From the IMG/VR virus record IMGVR_UViG_3300033145_001841, positions 240 to 64,239 of that record: 64,000 nt of DNA; one strand, given 5' to 3'. Positions 19,021 to 28,629 of this stretch are shown piece after piece. The position numbers and the translations under genes were made by a program. The DNA is from a virus (lineage: Duplodnaviria; Caudoviricetes). Positions within the stretch are counted from its first letter, which is position 1; the number at the start of each line of letters is the position of its first letter. Below the pieces are notes generated by a model, which had not been told where the DNA came from, did no database searches, and saw nothing but the letters and a program-made list of their open reading frames with translations.

Positions 19021-20112
19021 TTAAGCGGGTTGGGTTTCGGTAGGGCGGAGGGCTTCAAGTTCAGCGATAAATTTTACCCTCTGGCCTGCATCCATTTCCT
19101 TCGCAGTGGCCACCTTGTACGGTTTGAGAAGGTTTTTCCACGATTCCGGCGCCACAATTCGCAATTCTTTCTTTAACTTCACGATTTTCATGAGGTCGTC
19201 TTTTTGATCGGCTGGGGTATCAGCCTTATCGGTTTTTGTTTCAGCGGCCGGAGGCGGAGCCTTGGATGGTTCGGATTTCTTTTTTTCATCGGCTTTTCTG
19301 TCGGCAGCCTTTTTTTCTTCCGGTGTGATGGTTGCCGGTTCGAGTTTGGTAGTGGTAGTTTTCTCAGTGGCGCCATTGCCGCCCTGGATCAGATCCCGGA
19401 AGGGTGCGAAAAGAGCAAAAGCGTCATCTTGGTTCCGCCATGGGTACGTTTTCTTTTCAGGAAGCATCCCCGTTCGGTCTTTCTCAACTTTGGCGATAAA
19501 GACCCCGTTAGATTTCTCGAAAATGTGAACCACGGTATCGAACCAATGCTCAAGGCCTTTGACGCCATCCGGTTTTTCCCCGACCACCTTCATGCCACTC
19601 CATTTACTCGTACTGTGACACGTCCATATGAAATGGAAGGGTGACTTAATGAAATCTCTCAAGAGGTCGTAAATTTCTTTTCGGTAGGGCTCGTGATCAT
19701 TCGGCTGGAAAATGTAAAATTCTTTCTTGTGGCCTGAAGAGGTTGGCATTCGTGTCAAGTATAGCTCGGCGTATTTCGATTTGACGGCGTTGAAATAGTT
19801 GGTGTGGCTGTCAAGGGAAAGGACTTGAAGCCCTTTCGGTATTTTTATTTTCGATGCAACGTAGGCCATTATTTCATCCGGATCAGAGGTTCGGCAATGA
19901 CGGAAACGAAATTGATTACCATAATAATCAGTGCCGTTTTCCGTATCAATAACGGATAAAATGGGCGCTTGATCTGCAGGAACATCGCACATCTGGAGGA
20001 TTGCCCGAGTTTTGTATTGCCCCCGAGGGCCAGTGATTAAAATTTTTAACTGCTTTTCCGTTGAATCCCCGGCAATTTCATCCGGCGGGGCTTTCATTTG
20101 CGTTTTTGCCAT
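19021..20112 (-). CDS. AAA_24/Sak4-like recombination ATPase
   Basis: KILITGPRGQYKT, VIDTENG, LSLDS and KDRTG motifs. Confidence 0.75.
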   Translation of the reverse strand: MAKTQMKAPPDEIAGDSTEKQLKILITGPRGQYKTRAILQMCDVPADQAPILSVIDTENGTDYYGNQFRFRHCRTSDPDEIMAYVASKIKIPKGLQVLSLDSHTNYFNAVKSKYAELYLTRMPTSSGHKKEFYIFQPNDHEPYRKEIYDLLRDFIKSPFHFIWTCHSTSKWSGMKVVGEKPDGVKGLEHWFDTVVHIFEKSNGVFIAKVEKDRTGMLPEKKTYPWRNQDDAFALFAPFRDLIQGGNGATEKTTTTKLEPATITPEEKKAADRKADEKKKSEPSKAPPPAAETKTDKADTPADQKDDLMKIVKLKKELRIVAPESWKNLLKPYKVATAKEMDAGQRVKFIAELEALRPTETQPA

Positions 20113-20222
20113 TGACTCTTTCTCCTTATAAATAGGACATCGTTTTCGTTTTGGACAATTGACGCATGTGGATTGCCACTGTCCGCGGATCTCGCACCAG
20201 AATTTTCCGTTTACGACTGACA

Positions 20223-20864
20223 TTAGAAGTAAAACCCCAACATCTTCTGGTAAATTGCCTTGAGCGACCGGCATTCAGCCTGGTTGTATTCTTTGATTTC
20301 GGCGTAGACGCCAACGTCCCAAAGGCTTTGTATAAATGAACCATCCATGTCATCAGCCTTTGATTCGCCCAAGATAATCTTTGAATAATAATCAAGCGTG
20401 CCCTTTGCGTGCGTGTCCCAATCACCCAGTAAGGCCCGAATGTCCACATGGTTTCCTATCTGGTAGCGCTTGGTTGATATCTTTACGGACGGTTGGACGC
20501 CATTGACCATTGAACGGAAGGTGAGAACGGGGATGTCAAATCCGTTTCCGTTAAATGTTATGAAACGAGAATATGGATGGGCGATTTCCCAAAAGTCTTC
20601 CAGGAGAGCCTTTTCGTCCAGTGTTTCAGTATCCAGCTCGACCGATTGAATTTCATCCGTTTCGACATCCAATGTTGTAATGCAGCAGATTAAACAAGTG
20701 GTTTTATCGAGCCCCATTTTTTCGATTTGTTCTATTCCTTTTTCGACCTTCGCCGCTTCGATTTTCACAGGATCTTTCAACCGGCTATCGATTTTTATCG
20801 GTGGAAGCCGATCTTTCATGGCCGGATTTGCGATACTTTCGATGTCAAAAATTAATTGGCGCAT
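20223..20864 (-). CDS. DEDD 3'-5' exonuclease (PolB-exo-like)
   Basis: FDIES, ITFNGNGFDIP and HVDI motifs. Confidence 0.8.
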   Translation of the reverse strand: MRQLIFDIESIANPAMKDRLPPIKIDSRLKDPVKIEAAKVEKGIEQIEKMGLDKTTCLICCITTLDVETDEIQSVELDTETLDEKALLEDFWEIAHPYSRFITFNGNGFDIPVLTFRSMVNGVQPSVKISTKRYQIGNHVDIRALLGDWDTHAKGTLDYYSKIILGESKADDMDGSFIQSLWDVGVYAEIKEYNQAECRSLKAIYQKMLGFYF

Positions 20865-21425
20865 GCCTTCCTCCTTCTATAGTTTATCTGGTATTCATTT
20901 CTGCATTCGTTATGATATGCGACGTAATTATTTGGTTTCTTGAACATTTTTTTTGGATCGTCATATTTTTTACAAAAATGGCATTTCATCCAGTTGGCAT
21001 GCCCAGACTCGGTAAGTGCTCGTTTCCTTGCGTGCAAAAGCAAGTGATAACCCTGGTCTTCGCATATTACCAGGTTGCAATTATCGTTTTCTTTTTTGTT
21101 GGAATTTGCATGGTGAACGACAGCCTTCCTGGGAAGATTTTTGCCTAGGGCTTTTTCAGCAATAAATATGTGTTCAAGGATGTAGCCATTATGGCTACGG
21201 GGGTGGCTTGTTTAGTATGCAAACATACCCTGCGATATGGTTTGTTCTTCCGTTTTTATAGTTTGCACGATTGTGGCCATGGATAAATCTTAAAGGGTAT
21301 CCTTTTTTAGAACCTGTTCTATGGTTTGTTTCAGAAGCAGGCTTCGTGTTGCTTCCACATCCGCATTGACAATATCCAAATGGAATTTTTACCAACCCTT
21401 CTATTGTATTGCCGTTGCCTCTCAT
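20852..21425 (-). pseudogene. frameshifted HNH endonuclease
   Basis: The YCQCGCG...GYVCILNK frame stops at 21195. HPRSHNGYILEH...VVHH...NLVIC continues in another frame. Confidence 0.7.
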
Positions 21426-21607
21426 TATGCGGCTTTCCTCCACTTCGCGTGATCCATTGTCGCGGCAATCTTGACAGGGCTACACATCAACCATGTCGAA
21501 AGGCTCACGGGGTGCGTGTCGGCACAACGCGGGCAATCTTTGTTTTCTTCAACGGAGAATATCGTTTGGCAATTCTCGCAATACATCGCATCGTAAATAT
21601 CGATCAT
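21425..21607 (-). CDS. small zinc-ribbon protein
   Basis: CENC...CPRC. Confidence 0.5.
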   Translation of the reverse strand: MIDIYDAMYCENCQTIFSVEENKDCPRCADTHPVSLSTWLMCSPVKIAATMDHAKWRKAA

Positions 21608-21623
21608 GACGTTATGCCCCCTT

Positions 21624-21947
21624 TCACCCACCCAATGGTTTGAACCTGGGAGAATTCCCCACACGCGGCGGTGGGCGATACGTTCTCCCTTTCGGCTTTG
21701 AAAACATGCCCAGCTGGTCCTCGTTAATAATCCCTGACGTTTTGTCTTTAATGCGCCCTGTGATAAAATTGATTGCAACTTCGATTTTCGTGCCGCCCTG
21801 AGCCGGCGTGGCCTTAATCGTGACACCGATTGATAAAGGATCATCACCCATTTCGAGATAGGCCTTATTCAGTGCTCGTCGATAATCGCGCAATAATGCT
21901 TTCACCTGATCAGTCATATAATTGATTGTTTCCGTCCCAATGGTCAT
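21624..21947 (-). CDS. hypothetical protein
   Basis: GGAGG RBS upstream of MTIGTE. Confidence 0.5.
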   Translation of the reverse strand: MTIGTETINYMTDQVKALLRDYRRALNKAYLEMGDDPLSIGVTIKATPAQGGTKIEVAINFITGRIKDKTSGIINEDQLGMFSKPKGRTYRPPPRVGNSPRFKPLGG

Positions 21948-22116
21948 TGGCGTGTTTCCCTCCTGTTCCCCCCGGATCCCCGAGGGGGGTCTCTGGTTTT
22001 CAGTTATTTCCAAACTTTTCAATCCTTTCTCATGGGCATGCCCTCCGAAGGTAAATATATTATTGCTTGGGGTTAGTGGTTAATGGGTGGTCTGGCCGGT
22101 TGTGCTGTTAAGAGGT

Positions 22117-22150
22117 TGGTGAGCCGGTAGCAGGCATCGAACCTGCGACA
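22117..22150 (-). other. tRNA-like 3' fragment (T-arm + CCA)
   Basis: Minus strand GCAGG-TTCGATG-CCTGC-TACCGGCTCACCA. Confidence 0.4.
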
Positions 22151-22164
22151 CTGTGCCACCGCGT

Positions 22165-22239
22165 CTTTTGTTGATTCTTGTCTTGTCTGGTCTTGTCATG
22201 TCCTGTCATGTCGGGTCATGTCTCGTCATGTCACGTCGC
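22165..22239 (-). repeat. pentamer array C, (GAC-NN)x12 + conserved tail; candidate guide RNA
   Basis: Plus-strand GTC every 5 nt from 22180 to 22237; tail CTTTTGTTGATTCTTGTC. Confidence 0.9.
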
Positions 22240-22246
22240 ATTAAAA

Positions 22247-22741
22247 TTATCCCCCTGAAAAAGCCTCAAGGGTTTTCCCAATTGGCAATTCTTTTTGAAC
22301 CTGCTGAACCCTGTTTTCAATCCGTTTGATGCTGCCAGGCTTCGTGAAAGCGTACATGGCCCCTAAAACGCTCATCGCGGTGTTGTGTTTGACCCTCGCT
22401 TCGTTTGGCATGGCGTCAAAATCGCTGATACTCGAAACTTGCCGGATGCCATTTCTTGCAGTCCTTCTGATGCGCTTAATGAAGTGTTCTGATGTAGAGA
22501 CGGTTTCTTCTTGGGATAACCGCTTAAGCCCGACTCCCCGCACAGTGCCAAATGTGATTTGATTATCCTTTTGGGCCATTCTTCGCGCCGTATGCAGATT
22601 CCCATACGCCACTGATTGAACGTCACGGTTGATGGTCTGGGAAAGATCCGGGTAGGTGATGGTTTCCCCTTCAGGAACTTCGATCAGTTTTTCATAAAGG
22701 GTGCGGCTGTCGATGCTGAGTTCTTCGATGCCTTTGGCCAT
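22247..22741 (-). CDS. partner protein of the Cas7-like gene (possible winged-helix N-terminus)
   Basis: 164 aa between arrays B and C; AAGGAG RBS continuous with the array tail; GETITYPDLS...VRGVGL pattern. Confidence 0.6.
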   Translation of the reverse strand: MAKGIEELSIDSRTLYEKLIEVPEGETITYPDLSQTINRDVQSVAYGNLHTARRMAQKDNQITFGTVRGVGLKRLSQEETVSTSEHFIKRIRRTARNGIRQVSSISDFDAMPNEARVKHNTAMSVLGAMYAFTKPGSIKRIENRVQQVQKELPIGKTLEAFSGG

Positions 22742-22750
22742 TTGTTGCTC

Positions 22751-22885
22751 CTTTTGTTGATTCTTGTCGCGTCTTGTCCCGTCTTGTCGAGTCACGTCGA
22801 GTCAAGTCAAGTCGTGACTTGTCGAGTCGTGTCATGGCTTGTCGCTTCTAACCTCGTCGTGTCATGCCTGGTCAAGTCTGGTCTG
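22751..22885 (-). repeat. pentamer array B, about 24 units (GAC-NN) + conserved tail
   Basis: GTC (5 degenerate units) in unbroken 5-nt register from 22766 to 22883. Confidence 0.9.
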
Positions 22886-22886
22886 G

Positions 22887-23453
22887 CTAAGACCACTTAA
22901 TATCTTTCACAACAAACCGGCCGTTGTACCCACCGTTTTCAGGTCGAAAAACACCAACCCCGATGAAATTACCGCTTTCCGTCACGTGCTGTTCAAGCAC
23001 TTCCCGGGTAATGGTTTCGTCAAGGATGAAGTAGGTGACATCCCCGCCCCATTCGTGGATAGTGGGGAAGCATTTGGCAACCCTGGGGCCAGCAGACCCA
23101 CGCTTTCCTTGGCTGTTCCCAAAAATCCACACACCATCGACATCATCCTTTTTAACTGATAATTTCAAGCCATCTGTAACCAATATCCCGGCCAGGAAAT
23201 GCTTTGTGAATGTGGCCTTGCCCCCACCTTTCCCCGGAACCTTCATGCTGAGAAAGCTCGCCGCGCGTTCAAGGGCTTTCTTAAAAGCCATAGGCGGAAT
23301 GAAAATGTACCCGTCATTGTCGGCATGGCATTTCTCGCGCCAGGTTCTTTTTTCAAAATCGTCTTTGCTCTCTTTTTCAAGGGGCTCAGTTTGGTGGTAT
23401 CGCCCCTGCTGATATGGAGCGATGCCTTCAATTGTTACGATTGCCGTTTTCAT
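22887..23453 (-). CDS. stand-alone RAMP / Cas7-like protein 1
   Basis: N-terminal strand VTIEGIAPY, IFIPPMAFKKAL (RAMP IP-x-x-x-x-K helix) and C-terminal Gly-rich loop GNFIGVGVFRPENGGYNGRF. Confidence 0.75.
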   Translation of the reverse strand: MKTAIVTIEGIAPYQQGRYHQTEPLEKESKDDFEKRTWREKCHADNDGYIFIPPMAFKKALERAASFLSMKVPGKGGGKATFTKHFLAGILVTDGLKLSVKKDDVDGVWIFGNSQGKRGSAGPRVAKCFPTIHEWGGDVTYFILDETITREVLEQHVTESGNFIGVGVFRPENGGYNGRFVVKDIKWS

Positions 23454-23462
23454 TTGATCCTC

Positions 23463-23572
23463 CTTTTGTTGATTCTTGTCTTGTCTGGTCTTGTCAGGTC
23501 TGGTCGCGTCGCGTCTCGTCTCGTCAAGTCAAGTCAAGTCGGGTCAGGTCATGTCAAGTCATGTTTAGTCAT
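23463..23572 (-). repeat. pentamer array A, 19 units (GAC-NN) + conserved tail
   Basis: GTC every 5 nt from 23478 to 23570 (one GTT). Confidence 0.92.
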
Positions 23573-23758
23573 ATTTAAAGTTATTTGGTTAACTCATTAA
23601 CTGGGCTTCTTGCCGTGCCAAACCGCCCGTCCGAGATGCTTCGTAGACGCCTGCTCTATCCGCTGCCAAGCTGCCCACCGGGCGGGATGCGCTCAATCCA
23701 CATGGGATATTGGCGACTTTTTCCCGGTTGTCGGTGGGGTGCTTGACTGTTGGGTGTG

Positions 23759-23787
23759 ATAATTGCATAAGTGGAATCTTATGTCAA
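23759..23787 (-). promoter_or_regulatory. candidate sigma70 promoter for the leftward operon
   Basis: TTGACA-17 nt-AATTAT with an extended TG. Confidence 0.35.
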
Positions 23788-24060
23788 GGAAATAAATTTC
23801 ATATGTGCAATTTTTATTGCACAAAAAACCCGGCCTGATATACTCAGTGCCGGGTTGTGGGATCTTTATTAAGATTGGAGGGAAAAGGATGGACAGCGGA
23901 AACGCTTCTGAGAAACTGTCACAAAGAGAGCGATTGAAACTCGTAAAGAAATATTTGGATGTGGGCGTGGTCGAAGCGAAGGACGCTATTGCATTGGGTA
24001 TTGACCCGTTGAAACACCCAGATTATAGCACATTGTGTGTGATGCGGATGTCGGAAATTT

Positions 24061-24384
24061 GAATCCGTCATTATTTCAGCCAAAGCGGGGAAGACGGGGG
24101 TTAATCATGTGCGGGATCTGCGGGGTGTGTTGGACAGAGAGAAGGCGGCAATTGGAGTATTTATCTCCATGCAGAAACCAACAGCCCCAATGATACAGGA
24201 AGCAATTTCATGTGGATTCTATGAATCCGAAATGTGGGGCAAACGACATCCCAAACTCCAGCTCTTGACTATAGAAGACCTTCTAGGCGGGAAACAGATA
24301 GATATGCCGCCCATCAAACAGACATTCAAAAAAGCCAAGAAAGAGCTTTTACGCGAAGAAAAGCAGGGGAAATTGTTTGGTTAG
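24061..24384 (+). pseudogene. C-terminal restriction-endonuclease-like fragment of a methylase-nuclease fusion
   Basis: VIISAKAGKTGVNHVRDLRGVLDREKAAIGVFI...LQLLTIEDLL; in-frame stop at 24040 and no N-terminal domain. Confidence 0.55.
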
Positions 24385-24466
24385 GATAGCGTTTCAGTCA
24401 CACAAAAAAAAACCGCCCGGAGACGGGTGGTGGATTCCGATAAGGATGTATTGAAGTTTTATATGA

Positions 24467-25027
24467 TCAACTGCTCCCACAACATTTTTTATATTTCTTG
24501 CCGCTACCACAAGGGCATGCCGCGTTTCTGCTAATCTTCTCAGATTTTGTGGACTGTCCTTTCTTATACTCCTTTACAAAGTCGATACGCTCTTTAGGTG
24601 GGGTCCGAAATGAAAAGGCCGTTTTCTTTTGATAGTTGGTTATCGCAAAATCACCCAATAAAATAATATCCATGCCGATAAGGGCATCAATACCATCTGT
24701 AATAATCCCTTCCGTGACGCGAACGCGGATAACCCCAAGGTCGTTTGACAACTTAATATTTACTAAATACACGGGGCAATCTTTAATAGCCCCACCTACG
24801 CCATGAACTTGGGTCATGCCAATTGGTTTTAGACCGCATTCTTGGACAGCCCGCTTGGTTATCACAGTATTTGTCGCACCGGTATCCCATATGGCCTGAA
24901 ATTTTCTTCCAGGAGGGATAGGATTTGTTTTCTGAGGATTAAAGGCAGGATGAATTATCACCCAAGTTATAAGCGTGTTGGCCAGACCGTCAAATTGAAC
25001 TGTAAAACTTTGGGATTTAGAGGGCAT
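24467..25027 (-). CDS. retropepsin-like aspartyl protease with SEC-C motif
   Basis: AIWDTGAT, LIGMDII and C-terminal RNAACPCGSGKKYKKCCG. Confidence 0.9.
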   Translation of the reverse strand: MPSKSQSFTVQFDGLANTLITWVIIHPAFNPQKTNPIPPGRKFQAIWDTGATNTVITKRAVQECGLKPIGMTQVHGVGGAIKDCPVYLVNIKLSNDLGVIRVRVTEGIITDGIDALIGMDIILLGDFAITNYQKKTAFSFRTPPKERIDFVKEYKKGQSTKSEKISRNAACPCGSGKKYKKCCGSS

Positions 25028-25029
25028 TT

Positions 25030-25275
25030 TTAGGCGAAAGCCACTCTGGAATGGAAGGTTTGGGTGTAACTATTAGTTCCCGGCTCACATTTTTGAACAA
25101 GAAAAGTCCCAAGTTCATGTTCTTCGCTTGTTTTTTTAATGGCTTCAAGTTCGTCATGGTATGCTCCAATAATATTTTGATCTTTGATGACGACAAACTT
25201 GCCATTGTACTTTTTGACAAGGTCTTCTTGGTTCTCAATATAAAATCGGAACTCTTTTTGGAGCGGCTTTGCCAT
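25030..25275 (-). CDS. DUF5678-like small protein
   Basis: LVKKYNGKFVVIKDQNIIG motif; directly upstream of the aspartyl protease. Confidence 0.6.
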   Translation of the reverse strand: MAKPLQKEFRFYIENQEDLVKKYNGKFVVIKDQNIIGAYHDELEAIKKTSEEHELGTFLVQKCEPGTNSYTQTFHSRVAFA

Positions 25276-25491
25276 TTTAGCGCCTCATTTTAATCTAGAG
25301 CGTAAAATTATCCCACAGGCTGTTTTCAGCGTCAAGAAAATTCGTGTAATGTTTCACCTTTTACCTCACCATTCTCAATATCGTGTAAACGCCTGATACG
25401 CCACAGAGGGCAAAAATCCTCACCATCCCGAAATGCCGGAATTTCCGGAATACGCTGTTTTTAAATACCACCGGTGGTCGGTCGGTCTTGA

Positions 25492-26010
25492 TCACTTTGT
25501 AGATTGTGCACCTCCGTTGGCTTCTATTCCAGGGCCCGTTGTAATATCGGTCAGACGCTTCACCTCTTCCTTTAGTTTATCAACGTCTTTTCTCAATTTT
25601 GTTTCATTTTCAACCGAATTTTTAAACGCCGCTAAATTCGCCAATAAGGCAGGGACAATGCTCGGATGTTCCGACTCCATGATTTCTTTTACATCGGCTA
25701 TGGCTTGCCGGGTCGCTTTGTTTTCAACCTCGCCTTCAATTTTGGCTACAAGGGAAAATTTTTCGGATACAACAGCTTCTTTCAACAAGTTTAACGCTTT
25801 CAGGATGCCGTAGATGTTGGCAATCCCGACATTCACAGACCCTTTCAAAAACCTGGAAATTACAGCCTCCGGGACGTCAGACATCTCGTACAGACGCTTA
25901 TTTCTCCCATGGCCAATAAGCCCAATGGTGTTCATTCTATTATCTATTAATTCCACAAGCGGATTTTTCTCTTGACTTAAATCTTCCATTTGTGATATTT
26001 TATCCCCCAT
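25492..26010 (-). CDS. CI-like XRE/HTH repressor (start uncertain)
   Basis: LYEMSDVPEAVISRFLKG HTH; divergent from the Cro-like gene. Confidence 0.6.
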   Translation of the reverse strand: MGDKISQMEDLSQEKNPLVELIDNRMNTIGLIGHGRNKRLYEMSDVPEAVISRFLKGSVNVGIANIYGILKALNLLKEAVVSEKFSLVAKIEGEVENKATRQAIADVKEIMESEHPSIVPALLANLAAFKNSVENETKLRKDVDKLKEEVKRLTDITTGPGIEANGGAQSTK

Positions 26011-26245
26011 GGAACTTACAATTTTCTTTCAAGTCAATATCACGAAGCCGACAGTGTGGGCCATTGAAAATAAAATTTCCCCGTCAGTGGTAAGCCGCTA
26101 CCTGAACGGCTGCGGTATTTCCACTAAAAACGCCCTACGCATCGAGCAAGCCACGGGTGGCGCGGTAACCCGGGATGAACTACTGTTCCCGGAATTGTAT
26201 AAACCCAAACAAGGAGACCAAAATGTCAATACTCCCACGTCGTAA
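26009..26245 (+). CDS. Cro/YdaS-like HTH regulator
   Basis: ISPSVVSRYLNG...ALRIEQATGGAVTRDEL. Confidence 0.8.
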   Translation: MELTIFFQVNITKPTVWAIENKISPSVVSRYLNGCGISTKNALRIEQATGGAVTRDELLFPELYKPKQGDQNVNTPTS

Positions 26246-27485
26246 TGGAAAACAGTTCAGGGAAGCCCGAACCGCGCTCGTTGTTGAACTCCTTGAGCTC
26301 CTGGCAACAAAAGAGCTTCCGGTTTACGTTATCGAAAACGCTTTTGAAAAAGTACATCACATAATACAAGAAGCCGTTTTTACAGGACATCATCCAGGCG
26401 AGTGACGAACTCTCTGCATACATCAAAAACTTCGTCTTTTATTTCAGCTTCGTTCACCGCCTGTTCGTCGTTTTTCGAGTGCAGCAGTTTGTTGATGTAG
26501 AAAGCTGACGTAAGATTTGCGGCAAGCAGTATATTTTTTTGCTCTCTATTTGTATCCGTTTTTTCCATTTTTGTACCTCGATTTCAGGTCCTGGAGTTGC
26601 GCTTCCAGGTAAAGTGAGGAAACCAATGCCAAGTAAAACTCTTGACGACATCCACGGTGTGCTGGTGGATATCAATGCCGTCCTGGTCGCAATACTCACC
26701 ATGGAAAACGAAAAACGTAATGCGATGATAGAAGGGATGCAGTTGACTAATCCCTCTCGGCAAGCCCTTGAACAATCTGATCGCCCAGAAGGATAAGGCT
26801 TGCCATGCAGACGCTGGGCGGCGGACCCTCAATCGCGGGAGATCCAGCCAAGCAACTCTTTCTTCTGTTGCCTAAGCGCTTGCATACATCAACTGCTGGG
26901 CAATCTTCAATCCGCTTTGGCATGGTAGGTTTTTCAACTCTAATAGAATCAAGTGGGTTGTTTTCCATGTTCTTTATGCCTTCAGTTTCGGGTTTACGCA
27001 GATAGTGGTTGGCAAGCACCGTAACGCCCGCCCACCACTATTTTTATAGCAGTAGGGCCAAGGTGAATGAAGCAATGACCCAGAGGATCTTCGCAACATC
27101 AACCGAGACACTTACTGCTATCTGGAGTTTGTCCATGGTGTTTCTCCCATGTCAAAACCCAGAGCCGGCCCTGAGTTATTTACAGGGCATTTGTATCGCG
27201 CCTTGACCGGGCGCTATCCCCTATCCTTGATCAGGGATTCGGGGAGTCGGACCAAAGTGTTGAAGTTTGTCCCCGTTTGCGATTGTGGTCTTTTGGTTAC
27301 CGGGGAAACCAACCCCCGGGGGTTTCGCAATCGGGGCTTCATTAATTTTTGGCCCTTGAGCCGGTTCTCTTAATCCGACCCCGGAGGCAAGAGACCCCCG
27401 ATCCAGCAGGAGCCCAGCCTCGGGCCGGGCAGCCTGTTTGGATTCTCAGAAAAACCCGTTTCATAATATCACACAGGTTAACAAC

Positions 27486-27722
27486 ATGACAACAATAAAA
27501 GCAAAAGATTTCAACCAGCTTATAGTGAGCGGCTACGCGTTCAACAACGTAGTCGCTTTTTTCATGCGTGACGCTGGAACCACCATGGCCGATATTGGCC
27601 GGTCTGTCCGTGTGGATAGGGCTATGGTCACTATGGTGATTTCTGGTAAACGCGAATCCAAGCCTGTTAAGCAAGCCGTTTCTAAGGCCCTCGGGTTCGA
27701 CCCTTGGGATGTTAAAATCTAA
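27486..27722 (+). CDS. Ner-like HTH protein
   Basis: TMADIGRSVRVDRAMVTMVISGKRES...VSKALG. Confidence 0.65.
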   Translation: MTTIKAKDFNQLIVSGYAFNNVVAFFMRDAGTTMADIGRSVRVDRAMVTMVISGKRESKPVKQAVSKALGFDPWDVKI

Positions 27723-27743
27723 GATCAAATGGAGGTCTCCTAA

Positions 27744-28019
27744 ATGCCACAGCAACAAAATATCTTCCAGAACAACGCACCTATTCATGTCACAAATAAT
27801 TTTTCCAATCCTGCTGGCGAATCCGCGACAGCGCCCATAACGGTTAAATTTAAGGAGGGCATGAAACGAGACCTCGAAAAATTTTGTTTTGAAAATGATA
27901 TTTCCCGGTCGGAATTCCTGCGAGATGCTGCTCAATTCTACCGTCATGTTTTTCCCCAAAAGGACAAATTCTTAAAATACCAAAACGCTGTTTCAGCGCT
28001 GTTGAAGAGTCTACCATGA
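27744..28019 (+). CDS. ribbon-helix-helix (CopG-like) protein
   Basis: PITVKF...LEKFC...ISRSEFLRDA. Confidence 0.6.
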   Translation: MPQQQNIFQNNAPIHVTNNFSNPAGESATAPITVKFKEGMKRDLEKFCFENDISRSEFLRDAAQFYRHVFPQKDKFLKYQNAVSALLKSLP

Positions 28020-28039
28020 TTTTTTTTGACTTGTCAGTA

Positions 28040-28131
28040 ATACCGAGGGCATATTCAGGGCATACCGAGGGCATATTCAGGGCATACCGAGGGCATATTC
28101 AGGGCATACCGAGGGCATATTCAGGGCATAC
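28040..28131. repeat. perfect 22-bp tandem repeat x4 (eight 11-bp subunits)
   Basis: ATACCGAGGGCATATTCAGGGC repeated four times. Confidence 0.95.
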
Positions 28132-28185
28132 TTAGGTGTACCTGAATAATTACAACCATTTATTCACATCTTTGGCGAGGGTCTG

Positions 28186-28629
28186 ATGCAAATTATAGCC
28201 GACACACGCGAGCAAACCCCTTACCAGTTCGCTACCATTACCCCCCGCCCGGATGTTGTACGCCAAACACTCCAAACGGGCGATTATTCGTTGATCGGAT
28301 TTGAAGACCGGATCACCATTGAAAGAAAAAGTAAAAGCGATCTTTTTAGCAGCTTAGGAAAAGGACGCAAGCGTTTTATCCGAGAGCTTGAGCGCATGCA
28401 AAATTTCAACTTCGCTGCAATTCTCATAGAAGCCAACTGGCATTCAGTTTTAAGACAACCCCCAACGCGATCAAAGATGAATCCAGTGTCCGTCTATGTG
28501 TCATTGATTGCCTTTGCCATACGGTACGGGATCCACTGTTGGCCGTGTGAGAATAGGGCCATGGCTGAGAGAACATGTTATCGGATGCTCGAACGCTATT
28601 GGAAAGATCATCATAAGGGAATTAGATGA
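28186..28629 (+). CDS. ERCC4/XPF-domain nuclease
   Basis: IIADTREQ...LQTGDYS...IERKS motifs. Confidence 0.9.
   Translation: MQIIADTREQTPYQFATITPRPDVVRQTLQTGDYSLIGFEDRITIERKSKSDLFSSLGKGRKRFIRELERMQNFNFAAILIEANWHSVLRQPPTRSKMNPVSVYVSLIAFAIRYGIHCWPCENRAMAERTCYRMLERYWKDHHKGIR

Noticed and set aside
22165-23572. GTCNN arrays as simple microsatellites or as coding sequence (ORFs 22616..22900, 23199..23600 and the 5' extension to 22795)
   Set aside because: The NN positions are diverse, three copies share a tail and flank specific genes, and the translations are low-complexity V/S/R/L strings.
26008-26011. CI and Cro start codons overlapping on CATG
   Set aside because: The CI-like gene has downstream Met alternatives, so the overlap may be an ORF-calling artefact.
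28040-28131. Possible CRISPR array
   Set aside because: The repeats are head-to-tail with no unique spacers.
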